Assembly: GCF_000150275.1 (NCBI RefSeq)
Contig: NW_002060943.1
Coordinates: 8,502,066 to 8,566,065, forward strand
Length of the DNA stretch: 64,000 nt
Direction of reading: 5' to 3'
From: Trichoplax adhaerens
Lineage: Eukaryota > Animalia > Placozoa
Part shown: positions 28,301 to 40,900 of the stretch, one piece after another
Layout: every line of letters starts with the position of its first letter
How positions within the stretch are numbered: the stretch's first letter is position 1
Program-made: the position numbers and the translations under genes
The notes under the pieces: model-generated
What the model saw: only the letters and a program-made list of their open reading frames with translations
What the model was told of the DNA's origin: nothing
Database searches by the model: none

Positions 28301-31300
28301 GAAGCGAACATTGATGCTTGATATTTATGCTGTACCTCAGTAGCGTATTAATGCTGCTAGCGCCACGATCCATAACACGTAAGATTTCACCAGTTTTACG
28401 ATTTAAATGCCATTGTAAGGATAAGCTTTTAATGAAAATAATTGTATTCTTAGTTAAACTTAAGTCTTTTCAATCGTTTAATTGACAGTTCAATCTATTT
28501 ACCTATGCAGATGAGCGAATAATTCTACACGCACGGTTCTTGTTGTATATTGCTGAACACGAATCCATAAAAATGAACGAATAATACTTACAAAGCCCAT
28601 TGATCCTGAATGTAACGCCAAATATAATGTTACATCAATTATAAGAATAAATTTCTAGATCAAATTTAATATGTAATCATGTAGGCATTATCTGTAAACC
28701 TACCTACTCCTCCTCCCTGTAAAAACTTGAAACCAACATACGCGAAAATTAACCCGGTTGGCATTAAAATTTTACCATGAACCCCGGTAAGGGCATTTAC
28801 TATAAAAATTCGATTTGAGAAAACCATTAACGTTTCAAGTTACTATGATAGAGAAATCTATACAATAACAAATATTTGTTAAAAACGTTTAACTTACCAA
28901 TATATTTGTAATATAATGGTACCAATAAATTGACTCCTCTCACAGAACACAAGAGGATAAAGCATAATACAACGTGGAATTGAAGTCTCCTAGATGCAAT
29001 GAGAAGAGTATTATCCAGTTATAAAATTTTACTTCACTTACATACCAAACCAATCCATTAATATTGATAGCGTGGCTTTCGTAGCAATATAAAATGCGAA
29101 TGCAAAACTTACTTGTTCTTTTTAGGCCATACATACGGCCATAACATCTTAAATTTAGTGCTGATAGCATTAAACGTCGATTTCGACTCTGATGTTATAT
29201 TCCCGTCCTCTTTATCCTATCAAAACGTAAATGCAATAGTGATTAACATATATGCAACGATACAACATAGAGCAGAATTTACTTCTTGCGGAAGAATGAT
29301 ATGAACAAATAGTAGAAGCTTACAAAACCTACTAAAGGTAATTATAATAATTGTGAATTACAGTAGAATTTATTACAAATGGTGATGATTTCAATCGAAA
29401 CAACCATGATTAGGATCGCAATGAGGAATTCTTAGTCACACGTAACGGTTACTTCGTAATATCACTATTTATCAATCATTTCTTTGATAACTAATTAATC
29501 ACTGCCATACCTCGTCTATCCAATTAAGAAGCCAATATAGCTAATTTATTTTAAGTGTAAGTATGGTCATTCAGTCTGAATATATAAAGGATTCAATAGC
29601 CGTATAGTGGCTAACGAAATTACACTAATCTTGCAGTACCGTCTCTCATAGTATTTACATCGTAACATTAAATGCATTAATTAATAAATGTAAGAACAGT
29701 AAAGTAGAGCTAGTTATGATCGCTTAATTTGCCCGATTCACAATTGCAATAATTATTATAATTATCTTACCTCATCGACATCCGCGTTGACTAATAGTGC
29801 AAAGCGTGCTCCACGACGCATAATACTGAAGGCAGCACCGTGGTAGCCAAGGAGGAGAGATAAAAATGCACCGATATATTTCAAAATGAAGACGCATAAA
29901 TCGGCAATATCGACTAAAAAATGAGAAAAAAATTGCAATTATTACGAGTACTAGCAATCGATTGTCACCGCCATGATATTAGCGCACTACTGTATATTAC
30001 AAATAAATGCAAAGCCCAATACAGATATATTCGCGTATAACTATATTGAGGCGTGATCAAAATCTAGGACATTATAGCGTAGTACTGTATAATAATTATG
30101 AGAGCCGAACTTGTCATACTTACTGCTTCGCTTCATTTGCCACCACCATCGAGGGCTTTTCCACGATATGAATGCTATATTCTCCAAAGCAAAGGCAGTC
30201 AACCAGAATAGAAATAATGGCCATCCATGTCTTGTAGCTTTAGATCGCAAAATGTAAGATCTTTCAATCTTCATAACTAGCATTGAGTAAGTCCATGCCA
30301 AGAAACTTAAGCAAGCAGCTACAATAATATAATCAGGAGGTAGCCTGCCAGTCGTTTCTATTTAATAAATTACCGAAAAATTTTGGTACCGCAGTCACTT
30401 TAAAGTCATATTAGTAAATTAATTATGGGATTATCAATTATGTATCAGCTTGATCATATGATGAGTGGTTGAAGTTGTCATTGTACTTTCTGATCCCATT
30501 ACAGCTTCATCTACAACCGTAAACATTAGCTTTCTTGACTGTCTAGAATCCATCGAATTAATCTATACCTAGCACAGGTCATAATGCAAACTATACTTAA
30601 CTGAGTTGGCTGAACATGCATAATTCGTTATCAATTATTCATGCATGAGTACGATGTCATCTACACTTTATCTAATTTAGTCTTACTACAATAAATTGCA
30701 AGTGTATAAGTGGCACAGTATTGATTGAATTTAACAGCAAAAATCAATGTACCTTCTGTGTGTGTTTGCTTATGGTACTCGTAATGCTGGATGTTACTCA
30801 GATGCTTTTTATCATAGCAAGCATTGCAATTTATTTGTTTCTATACAGTACAGGATTATCTTTTTGGCCCATGATATCTGTCTTTAATTTCGTGCTGTGT
30901 GATATAAATTACTGCTTTAGCTAATCTAACAAAATAGACTAAATTAACTTTCATGCCCATGCATGATATCAGTTCAATTTAATGCTACAATAACTGCACA
31001 GCCATACAATGTACGAGATAATTAATACTTGTGTTTACTCCTCGATGTTTCGTACGATTGTGTATTTAATTTGTACAGTAATTCGTTATGAGATATGCCA
31101 TCAATGCCTGAATTTCTAGCCATTTGAATTCATTAATTATTGTTTTATAGTGTAAATCGCAAGAACTGTTGAAACCGTTTTTCTTCTATACGTGCTGTAT
31201 GACTAGCTATCTCTACAGTCCGATATGAAGTCATCTCTGTGTCGAACTTCAATTGATGAATAAACGGGTGATTCCGCACCTAATGCTATCCATGTTTTGC

Positions 31301-32424
31301 ACGATTTATTGTTACTCAAGAGTAAAAAAAACTATCGACTTGGGATCTTCACATGATAGCTTGCCTAATTGCCTCCTTGTAGTCACAGGTGCAATATCAA
31401 TTTGAATGACGAGTATGGAGCACATTACAGAACTACAGTTACAAGTGTACAAGAGAAGCCTCTTACTGTGTATTTTTAGTGCAGTATCTTATACAAAGAG
31501 TAATTAATATATCAACTGTCAGAAAAATTCATAAGTATCAGTTACTTGGCATAGTTAATCATTGATCTACTACTGTATACTTTAACATTAAAGTATTCAA
31601 TATACTCGCTATGGCGATTTGATGTAGTCAATAAGAAGGATGTATCGATGGAAAGATATCATCCATGCTTAGCATACGTATCATTCTTTGCTATGTATTA
31701 AAAGCTATGTACACAGCCTATCCATCGATTTCTATTTGTCTAGCAGTATATCTAATCCCTTGATAATGTGATCTACTACTGTATAATTTAACATTGAAGT
31801 ATTCAATATACCCGCTATGGCGATACGATGTAGTCAATAAGGATGTATTGATGGAAAGACATCATCCATGCTTAGCATATGTGCCATTCTTTGCTATGTA
31901 CTAAAAGCTATGTACATAACCTATCCATCGATTTCTACTTGTCTAGTAGTATGTCTAATCCCTTGATAATGTGATCTCATCACTTTGCGAAAGAATGTAG
32001 AAGGTTACTACTGTTATGGATGAAAAGCCGGCATTGCATAAAAAGTAGATATTACCCATCATGTTCAATGATGGCGGTCATGGCTACTACTAATTACCCA
32101 TAGCTACAATGGTATGACAGTCGTCAACAATATGACTTGTACCTTACCGATGATAGCATGGATGATGATATAAGCAACGTTGATAAATGCCATGGCCAAA
32201 GCGACTAAATGTTGCAGTTTGTAAGCAAATGACGATGGAATTTTACTGCTCGATTTGCCATGATAGCGCCTTCGTAAGTGAATGCAGTAACCAGTTCCAA
32301 CGATAAAGGAAAGAAAGAGTAATATACAGCCTGCGATTACTCTATAGAAACAAACTGACAAACCAAAATCAACCCATACTGGTGTAAAAGGATCATTGCG
32401 GCTACAAAATATATTGCGTGCCAT
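25333..32424 (-). CDS. ABCB6: ABCB6/HMT-1 family ABC half-transporter (TMD0-TMD-NBD), 22 exons, catalytically canonical
   Basis: TMD0 ([19 protein letters not shown]). TMD motifs [59 protein letters not shown] motifs [33 protein letters not shown] and VAHR are all intact. Confidence 0.97.
31563..31976. repeat. Tandem duplication of ~207 bp in ABCB6 intron 1
   Basis: Two highly similar adjacent copies beginning tgatctactactgtata and ending ctaatcccttgataatg. Confidence 0.9.
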
Positions 32425-32842
32425 CTTGAAGGCGAATGATAAAGATTAATTAGCTTGAGATGTTAATTAATGAATTAATTAATCAACCGGGGAAATTTGA
32501 ATTTTCCTTTTACTATAGCAAACGAGCTTTTATCAATGGCTAGTAAACAGTATGGATTAGATCAATTGAATCAGCAGGGTATAATACTTTATATGGCTGG
32601 CTGTGCTAAGGTAGGGTATAATGTAATACTATCGCTCATATCTAATCTCTCTGCCGTGCTGTATTATCATAGAATGTATAGAAATCTTTGGAATGCTTTG
32701 TCACCATGACTAAGCTGAAATTAGCAATCCATTTTTTTGGACTGGAGTCATATTATCTTTGTATTTATAAAGTCATGTTTTGGATGTTGTATAACAATAG
32801 TATAGCTAAAGGCTTGTTTAGGACACTTTATAGCAGTCTATC

Positions 32843-33200
32843 GCTAATACTAATAATGCTATAATACTATAGCTATTAGCTAGAATATCATACTAATACT
32901 AATACTAATAATACTATGATACTATAGCTATTAACTAGAATATCATACTAATACTAATACTAATAAGACCATAATACTATAGCGTTTAACTATAACATCA
33001 TACTAATACTAATAATACTATGATACTATAGCTATTAACTAGAATATCATACTAATACTAATACTAATAATACTATGATACTATAGCGTTTAACTATAAC
33101 ATCATACTAATACTAATACTAATAATACTATGATACTATAGCTATTAACTAGAGTATCATACTAATACTAATACTAATAATACTATAGCGTAGCATCTAT
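32843..33200. repeat. Minisatellite, ~55 bp unit built from ATACTA hexamers, 6-7 copies
   Basis: Repeated atactaatactaatactaataatactatgatactatagctattaactagaatatc, with a variant ending gcgtttaactataacatc. Confidence 0.92.
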
Positions 33201-33384
33201 AATAATACTATAATAATAATACAATATAAGTTATTAACTATATAAACTACCAATTCATTATAATACTTGTTATTTAGAAATCAAGGGGAATGCTAATGCA
33301 ATTGGGGCTTATTTGAATTCTCATCTTTCGGTATACTGGACTTGAATTGGACATATGGTATATCTTACATTTGCAACATTTTAT

Positions 33385-33905
33385 AGCAATAGTATAAGAT
33401 AGATCGTGTTTGCAAGTCTTTACGTAGTAGTAGAACATTTCCAGTAAAGTATAAACTATTAAAATGCATTCTAAACTGGATATTTGAGGTATAAAAATTG
33501 TAGAAAGGCTCTTAATGTCTCATTCCAATTTTACAACAAGTACAGTATATACTTGTTCGAAAGACTACAGTAATACTTGTAGATAGATCGTGTTTGCAAG
33601 TCTCTACACTGTAGTAAAACATTTCCAATAAATCTACTACCATTAAAATACGTTGTAAACTGGATATTCGTTGCGTAGAAATATATAGTTTTTTTTAATA
33701 TCTCATTACAATTTACAACAAGTACAGTATATACTTTTTTAAGAGACAGCAGCAATAGTATTCGATAGGTCGTGTTTAGAAGTCTCTGTACAGTAGTAGA
33801 AAATTTCCAATAAATTATTCTACAATTAAAATGCATTATAAACTGAATAATCGCGGCGTAGAAATTGTAGAAAGGTTCTTAACGTCTCATTCCAATTTTA
33901 CAACA
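33385..33905. repeat. Diverged tandem repeat, ~183 bp x3
   Basis: Anchor gatagatcgtgtttgcaagtct recurs at ~33398, ~33581 and ~33764; shared ends tctcatt(c/a)caattt(t)acaaca. Confidence 0.85.
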
Positions 33906-34482
33906 TTTACTCTTTCAAGAAGATAAATAATAGCAAAAGCCATGTCGAAGGCAGTTTATAATAATAATATTAGACGGAAATCACGCTGCGTCATGAACAG
34001 TAGCTTATGCAAGATGCAATATTGAAATATATGTGATCTAGTTGCATTATAACACGCTGCATTCTGTACCTTTCACGCGAAAAAGCAATATCTACATTGC
34101 TAATTTGCAAAATATCCAAAACTCTATAACTTGATTAATAGATCATTTTATTTTAGCAAAAAATTGCCCCTTTTAAAAACCATCTAGAAGCTAGTTCTAC
34201 CCTTGATTTGAGTAGTGAGCCATCTATTGTTGTGATAACTTCTAAAAGTCAGAAACAATATTACTTGACTACATAATATTTCAGCTTACTCACAGTGTAA
34301 AGTGTATATAGTACATTAAATGTTACTGATAATATACAGAAATAACAGACGCCAATATAAATGATCTAATTTTAATTCCTTTCTATAAATCTTTATGCAC
34401 CGTATTTTTGACAATAATGTGGCCGATGAAATACGATACTGTGGATAAACACGATAGCATAATCGCATGCAAGATACTCTGT

Positions 34483-34678
34483 ATATGTATATATGCGGGT
34501 ACATCATATGCTAAACGCAATCCTAAATTGATATGGCTAATTTAAGCCAAATACATTAGATTATAGAGGTATACCTGTATATATAAGTAATATATATACT
34601 GTATGTATAGGGTGCATCACATGCCAAACATATTCCTAAATTGATATTGCTAATTTGAACCAGATATTGAGATTATAT
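34483..34678. repeat. Diverged direct repeat, period ~112 bp x2
   Basis: gggtacatcatatgctaaacgcaatcctaaattgatat versus gggtgcatcacatgccaaacatattcctaaattgatat. Confidence 0.75.
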
Positions 34679-34942
34679 CCCTAGACTTTAACCCAAACTT
34701 ATGCCAGTGATAGCTACAATAAATTGATTAAAAAGAAAAATCTCTTTCGAAAGAATAAAATGTTGTGATAACTGTTCTACTGCGAATATAATACTATTTT
34801 AACAGCAGATATCTACACTATACTATCAGAATTATTGGATTAGACTGCGAATAAGTGTTGACATACAAGACGTAAACACTTTATCATACTACTATAATTG
34901 GCGTAAAATTTATCTTGTTCAATCCAATTTGACCCGAAGAGA

Positions 34943-37900
34943 CTATCTAACTAGACTTCGGTAGTATAGATTTGTAGCCCTTAAGTATTTGTGTCTGTAA
35001 AAACAAAAGCAAACGCTATTAAGTGATGCTCAGCCAATGGAGAAATATGTAATGTTTACTTAAAATTGAATATACTGTATATAGGAAAGAAATTATATAA
35101 GCAGTTGTTGTAAAATGTGTAATAATATTTCTAGTACATCAAATTTACTTTTACGCAAACATCACCGTAATATTATTACAAATTACAAAAATTATTCTAG
35201 ACCGAAATATCTTTAAAATTCATAGTTGTTACCTTCCTTCGTCTATCGTTTTACCGTCTTTTATAACCACAATATTATCGCATTTCTGAATGAATTCCAA
35301 TCTACAATATCAATAATTTAAGTTTTGAAATGGTTCTGTGATTAAATATTGCTTTAATGGTGTATAGATAAATGCAGAATCTATATTTAGTGCACCTTAT
35401 TAAAAAGTTACTAAAATTTACACTAGTAATAGTCCTAGAAATTTTCTTTTAAATATCAAATATATATGATCAATCCAAATTAGTCATCTAAAGCGGATAT
35501 TGTATTATAAATTTATAACGCAAGCACAATTTTGTACCTATTAGTACTTATGACGACAGTCCTTTCATTGAAGAGCGTACATAAAGGTTGAATTATAGTA
35601 TCCCAAGATTTATCATCGAGATTCAATATTGTCTATTTATATCAAGGATAACATTAGTTGAATGAAAACGATAAGCAGTAAAATTCCTTTCTTCTTAGCT
35701 ATGTAATTTTGCATGACTAATACGAATAGAATTTTAAACATATACTTATTGCTTTCAAGAGGATCATTATTCCATACTATGTATAACTCCCTTATTTCTG
35801 TTTCTGTATAAAATTATACCTCTGAGAGATCTTCGATCAGAACAATTTCCGGATCTTTCAAAATAACTCTAGCAATGGCAATTTTAACTCTATCTTCAAC
35901 TCTAAATCTTAACTCATCTATACCAATTAGGGTGTCATAACCTAATCATCCCCAAATTTATATCATATTACATAAAGTTCCATCAAGATTTAAACCGATT
36001 TACTCATTAGCTATATTCTTAATAGATGTCGGTTACCTTCTGGCAGTGATATTAGTTTTTCATGTATACCGACTAGCTCGCAGGCTCGGATAATTTCTCC
36101 TTCAGATTTATTAGAACACCCATAACTGACGTTGTGTCTAGTCGGATAACATAGGTAATATTATGCATCTGTTGGACGAAATGGTAGTCCTATGCAATAC
36201 TTTACGGTCTAAAAATCATGGATATTGCTATTTAATTCGTACTTTATAGTGCCTTGAATGAGTTTCGGTTCCTTTGGTATATAGCCTATATTCCTTCGCA
36301 AAGACTTCCAGTTTACCTTAATATTTAAAGTAGTGTTGATAGAATTGCTTAAGACTAATTCTATTCTCTCTCCCTATCCTAGATGATTAATATTCCTACA
36401 CATTGTATGCTGTTTATGATTTACTTTAGTTTCTAAAATGATGATTAAGAACTTAGGAAGGATTTACTGTAAACAGGCTTCAAAGTATCCGTGCTGAACT
36501 TATTACTTATGAATCATGCAAAGTTTTGGATCATTTGTAAATCTATGTTAACAAATGCTAGCCTTGTTGAAATGGCAAAATCTAAAGCAAACTTTTATGC
36601 CTGCTTAAAGTTCTGGTAGTAAATAATAGTATCTACACACTAATCACCGACTTCGGACAGGAGACTTACCAATTGGATATTCCTTCCTAGGACCGTAATT
36701 TTTCCTTGGTGTAAAGGGTGCCAGCCATAAATCAACTTTAAAATCGCATCTTTACCACTCGTTGGTGACCCCACCTAAACCAAAACCAATGAAAATTATA
36801 CATAGTGGCTTGTATAACAGAAATAGTAATCATATATTGATCAATATTATCTCCAAATATCGATGGTATAGTTATACTAAACCAACTAATGCTAAAGTCT
36901 GCTGATATAGGACTTGAAGGGAGACATTTTCTATAGCTGGATATCTATTCATGATAATAATTACAACCAGATAAAATTACAATATTGATTAGCATTTAGA
37001 TGTACTAATGGTTAGAAAAATATTATAATAATAAATCTTAAAGGTTAAAAATACAATATATACGTAAATACTTTCGATTAGGTCGAGATGATACATTTTC
37101 CATTTTGATGCCATCTTGATGAGCCTCTAAGTCAGGCAGTTCTTTGTAGTTGTTATCCTTTAAATTTTTTATACAGTATTCATTAGGCAAAAATTCATCA
37201 CTGTATTATAAATTATGTTTTTAAGTTACATGATCAATTATGAATTCTAGAAAAAGATCTTTATAAATTGGCTAATTAATTTAAACATGAATTATCCATT
37301 CATACCACACTATTTTAGTTACCTTCAGGAGATCTTGTAAAATTGTAAACAACCTATTAATATCCTGGATTTGGCCATAACTATAAATTATTGAATAGAA
37401 TATTAAGCCACCCAAAATTATAAGTTGAGTTATAATTACTGGTAAAATATTGCTGTATTCTGGTCATGATGGACTTAGTTAATTGACTATTGCAAGCTAA
37501 AATTGTTAGTTGGTAGTTTGGATTGGTACTACAACTACTACTTTTTAAAATTTTTATAAATTTACGACTATTAAATGATGAATTTGCTGCAAAAACTGAT
37601 AATATTGGCAATAAAACTATAATTTTCGAAACGATTTCTATGATCAATTATAGTTTAAAAAATTCTCTATAAATATTACATCTGTATTTTTTATTCGAAA
37701 GTAAAATCTCATAGCATGCTTCTAGTAATCCCGTATAGAGCAGTTGCAAACCTGGAATTTGAAATTAATGTTCTAACACAGGAATATATGACTTCCAAAT
37801 AGATAATAAACAAGACTAAATCACCAACCTAAGTAAAAATCATAATTATTGGAGAATCAGAGATAGCTCGGTTATTTTAAATTAATCGTTTAATGGATGG

Positions 37901-40900
37901 TATATTGATTTTAATTACCGTCAGTTGTGTCAATAGAATCAGTTTAATTGTCGCTATGCCGCCGCAGAAAAATCCTAATACCGCCAACAAACTTTGTATT
38001 GAATGAGTCCAGAAAGCAGTAAATGTCATCCTCCACGATGAAGCCTATCAAAAGTTTGCGAGGTATGAATCAATTGTTTTAATTATAAATGATTGCATTC
38101 AGGGTTAAAAGCAGCAGTGCATATTTACTTTTCTTTTAGTATAAGGACATAAAATTCATAATTACTGTATGGCATTTCGTATAAAATTTAGATAAGTCAA
38201 GTTTTTTAGATTCTACACTAAATAGAATAGCGTAATGCTGTATACCAAAGAATTATAATTCACAAGTAAGTAATTATGAAACCTCTAAAATACAGACTAT
38301 ATGAATTGCATGAAAGAGATAGTCAGGATTTAGTGTTAAATATAATAAAGTAAAATATACGTATTATTATTCTAGATTTTTATACCTGGTTTTCAGCAAT
38401 TGCATGATGTAAGCGTTTAATCTCAGAATCTTCACTGCAATTTAGTTGCACCTAATGGATTTTATTATTCATCGAGAATTGCCACATTAACGAGTTAGTT
38501 AAAAGCTAAGTTACCAGAGTATAACCAGTATGCTTATTACTAGTCTGTGTTATTTAAAATATATTCTTTGACTTACTGTTTCATAGTTTGTCATTAGATG
38601 AATGGCTATCGATTTCTGTTGATGATTATGTTTAACAGTTTCCTGATATTGTTTGCTATAATAGATATTTCCAACCCTGACAGAAACTATATAAAATGTA
38701 TCATTAGAAGTTGATGGTAGTAAGCTGCTCTTGTAATTTGAGAACGTTTGAGGTTAAATAGGAGACTCTACTCTTTTAAGGATTACATCATGAACAATTA
38801 AAAAAAGAAGAAGTTTCAATAGGTATTGGCTCACCATAATATAGTAAAATAAAATATATTAAAGTACAACCAATCCAGGCATTTATTGTCGTAGAAATAA
38901 ATAAGACCATAAGTATAATATCACAAATCGTCGGAACAATAAAAAAACAAAATTGCCTATAAAAGAGAATGCTTTGATTTAGTATTTATAGTATTCGAAA
39001 TCCAATCTAGTTAAAAATATTGAACTACATCTGATCTGTGCATAATAACATGACGCAGCTGTTATGGTATACTAATTTTAAACGAATTAAATAGATCTAG
39101 CTATGAGTTTAGTGGTGTATAATCACGTACTCCAGTACATCAAATATACTATTAAGCCCATAAATGATATCCGCTGCCTTGCTTGCTAATTCTCGATTGC
39201 TTAAATTAATGAACCAATAATAAGATTGCCTAAATAGTACAACAGTTCATTCAGTTAATTTTTATAGATCCACAAGTCAAGAATAAATCTTTGTGAGCTC
39301 TCTTAATTAGAGTTGCAGCCTGTTAAAATATAGCTAAGTTATATTATGAATAGCAACTTACTGTTGGACACAACTGAATATTTGCACTTGAGTTGACATT
39401 AAAACGGAATGCCTTAACTTAGTCCAGCATAATATTCGTATATTTGTTATTAATCCAACTCTTCCTAAACAGTATTATATCAAAGAATCAAAGTAGAATG
39501 CATATTAAATTTAATTGCTTTTACCGATCTGATTTCATAGTATTACAAGTTATAAACAATTATCAATAGAAATGGTATCTATTGAATGGATGTTATACGA
39601 TTAAGAACAGTAGATATTAAATTTTCATTGGTATATTTGCTAGCAATACTTTAATAATCTGGACCATCTGTTTCTACTTACCATCACTACCGTTAAGAAG
39701 GAATTTACACGTCGCTAAAATAGCCATGTATTTAATTAAAATTTGCGCTTTACTGGAATCTATTACGCTATCCACTAGATCGATAAGATTTTACAAGAAT
39801 AAAGTTAGTGATGATTGCAGATGTAATTGAGTAGATATAATCAATTTATATCATTTTCATTACTTGTTATTAGAATACTTAAAATCGATAAACAACAGAT
39901 CAGTATAAATATATGATCATAAGCTAGCTCTAACTGAAAGAATTACCAATAAGTTTAACATATATCATGGCTAAAAGATTAATTGCTCGCTCCAACAGAA
40001 CCAAAATAATACACATCATGATGTATACATAGCTCCTACAAAGAAGAATATTAGACATGAAGGGGTTAGTGTGATTAGATTTGCAACTCTAGTATTACTA
40101 AAAATAGGAGTTCATCATAGTAGGTTCTGTTCTCATAATAATCTATTGCAAATTAATTATAACGTACGAAAATAGCCTTGGATACCAAAATTTAAGCACA
40201 TTTTGGATACGGTGGTTTAACGATTCTTGCTGTTGATTTGTTTCCAGCTCTTCATGCTAAGAATTAAAGAGGTAAAATGAATATCACATATTTGCTTTAC
40301 AATTAGTCGATCATAAGATATTTTATTCTAACGGCTTAGTCCATGTCCATTGATTCTATCCATTTCATTAATAGTATGCCTTATTAACGAAAATATAGTG
40401 TTGTAATACACCAATTACTCAACTTAGCATGCAGTAAAATTATTGTACGTCATGAATGCCATAATTAGATGATTAAATATAACAAAGTATCATTATAATA
40501 AGGATTTCAAACAACGCAAAGCAGAGGTATCACAAGATTGCTGACGTAATAGTGTATGTTAATTTCATGCTTGTTTCTCATATACAGTAGTAAGATTTAC
40601 TACGCTATCAAAAATTTTTATGATCCGCAATACTAGTCATGCATATTATTCAGTATGAACAGTTATTACCCTTCATGGCTGATAAATAATTATATACTTA
40701 CTGTGCTATACAACTTAGCTGATCTTATTGTGTTCTACAATTAATGGCAGTATTTCTACATCGATACAGTCGAAATTTAAAGTAATTATTATGAAACAAT
40801 ATCGATATATTACCTTATTCAGCTTTGTAATAAAATGGAACAGAACAACGCGTATTATATATCTGAATTTGACTGCTTCTCATCATTGATATATTAGATC

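Noticed and set aside
32843-33200. CRISPR-like array
   Set aside because: Units are contiguous with no unique spacers, and the context is eukaryotic; this is a minisatellite.
37381-37647. 88-aa minus-strand ORF inside the ABCB6 paralog
   Set aside because: Lies wholly in an AT-rich intron and ends at the acceptor TAG; most likely a chance ORF.
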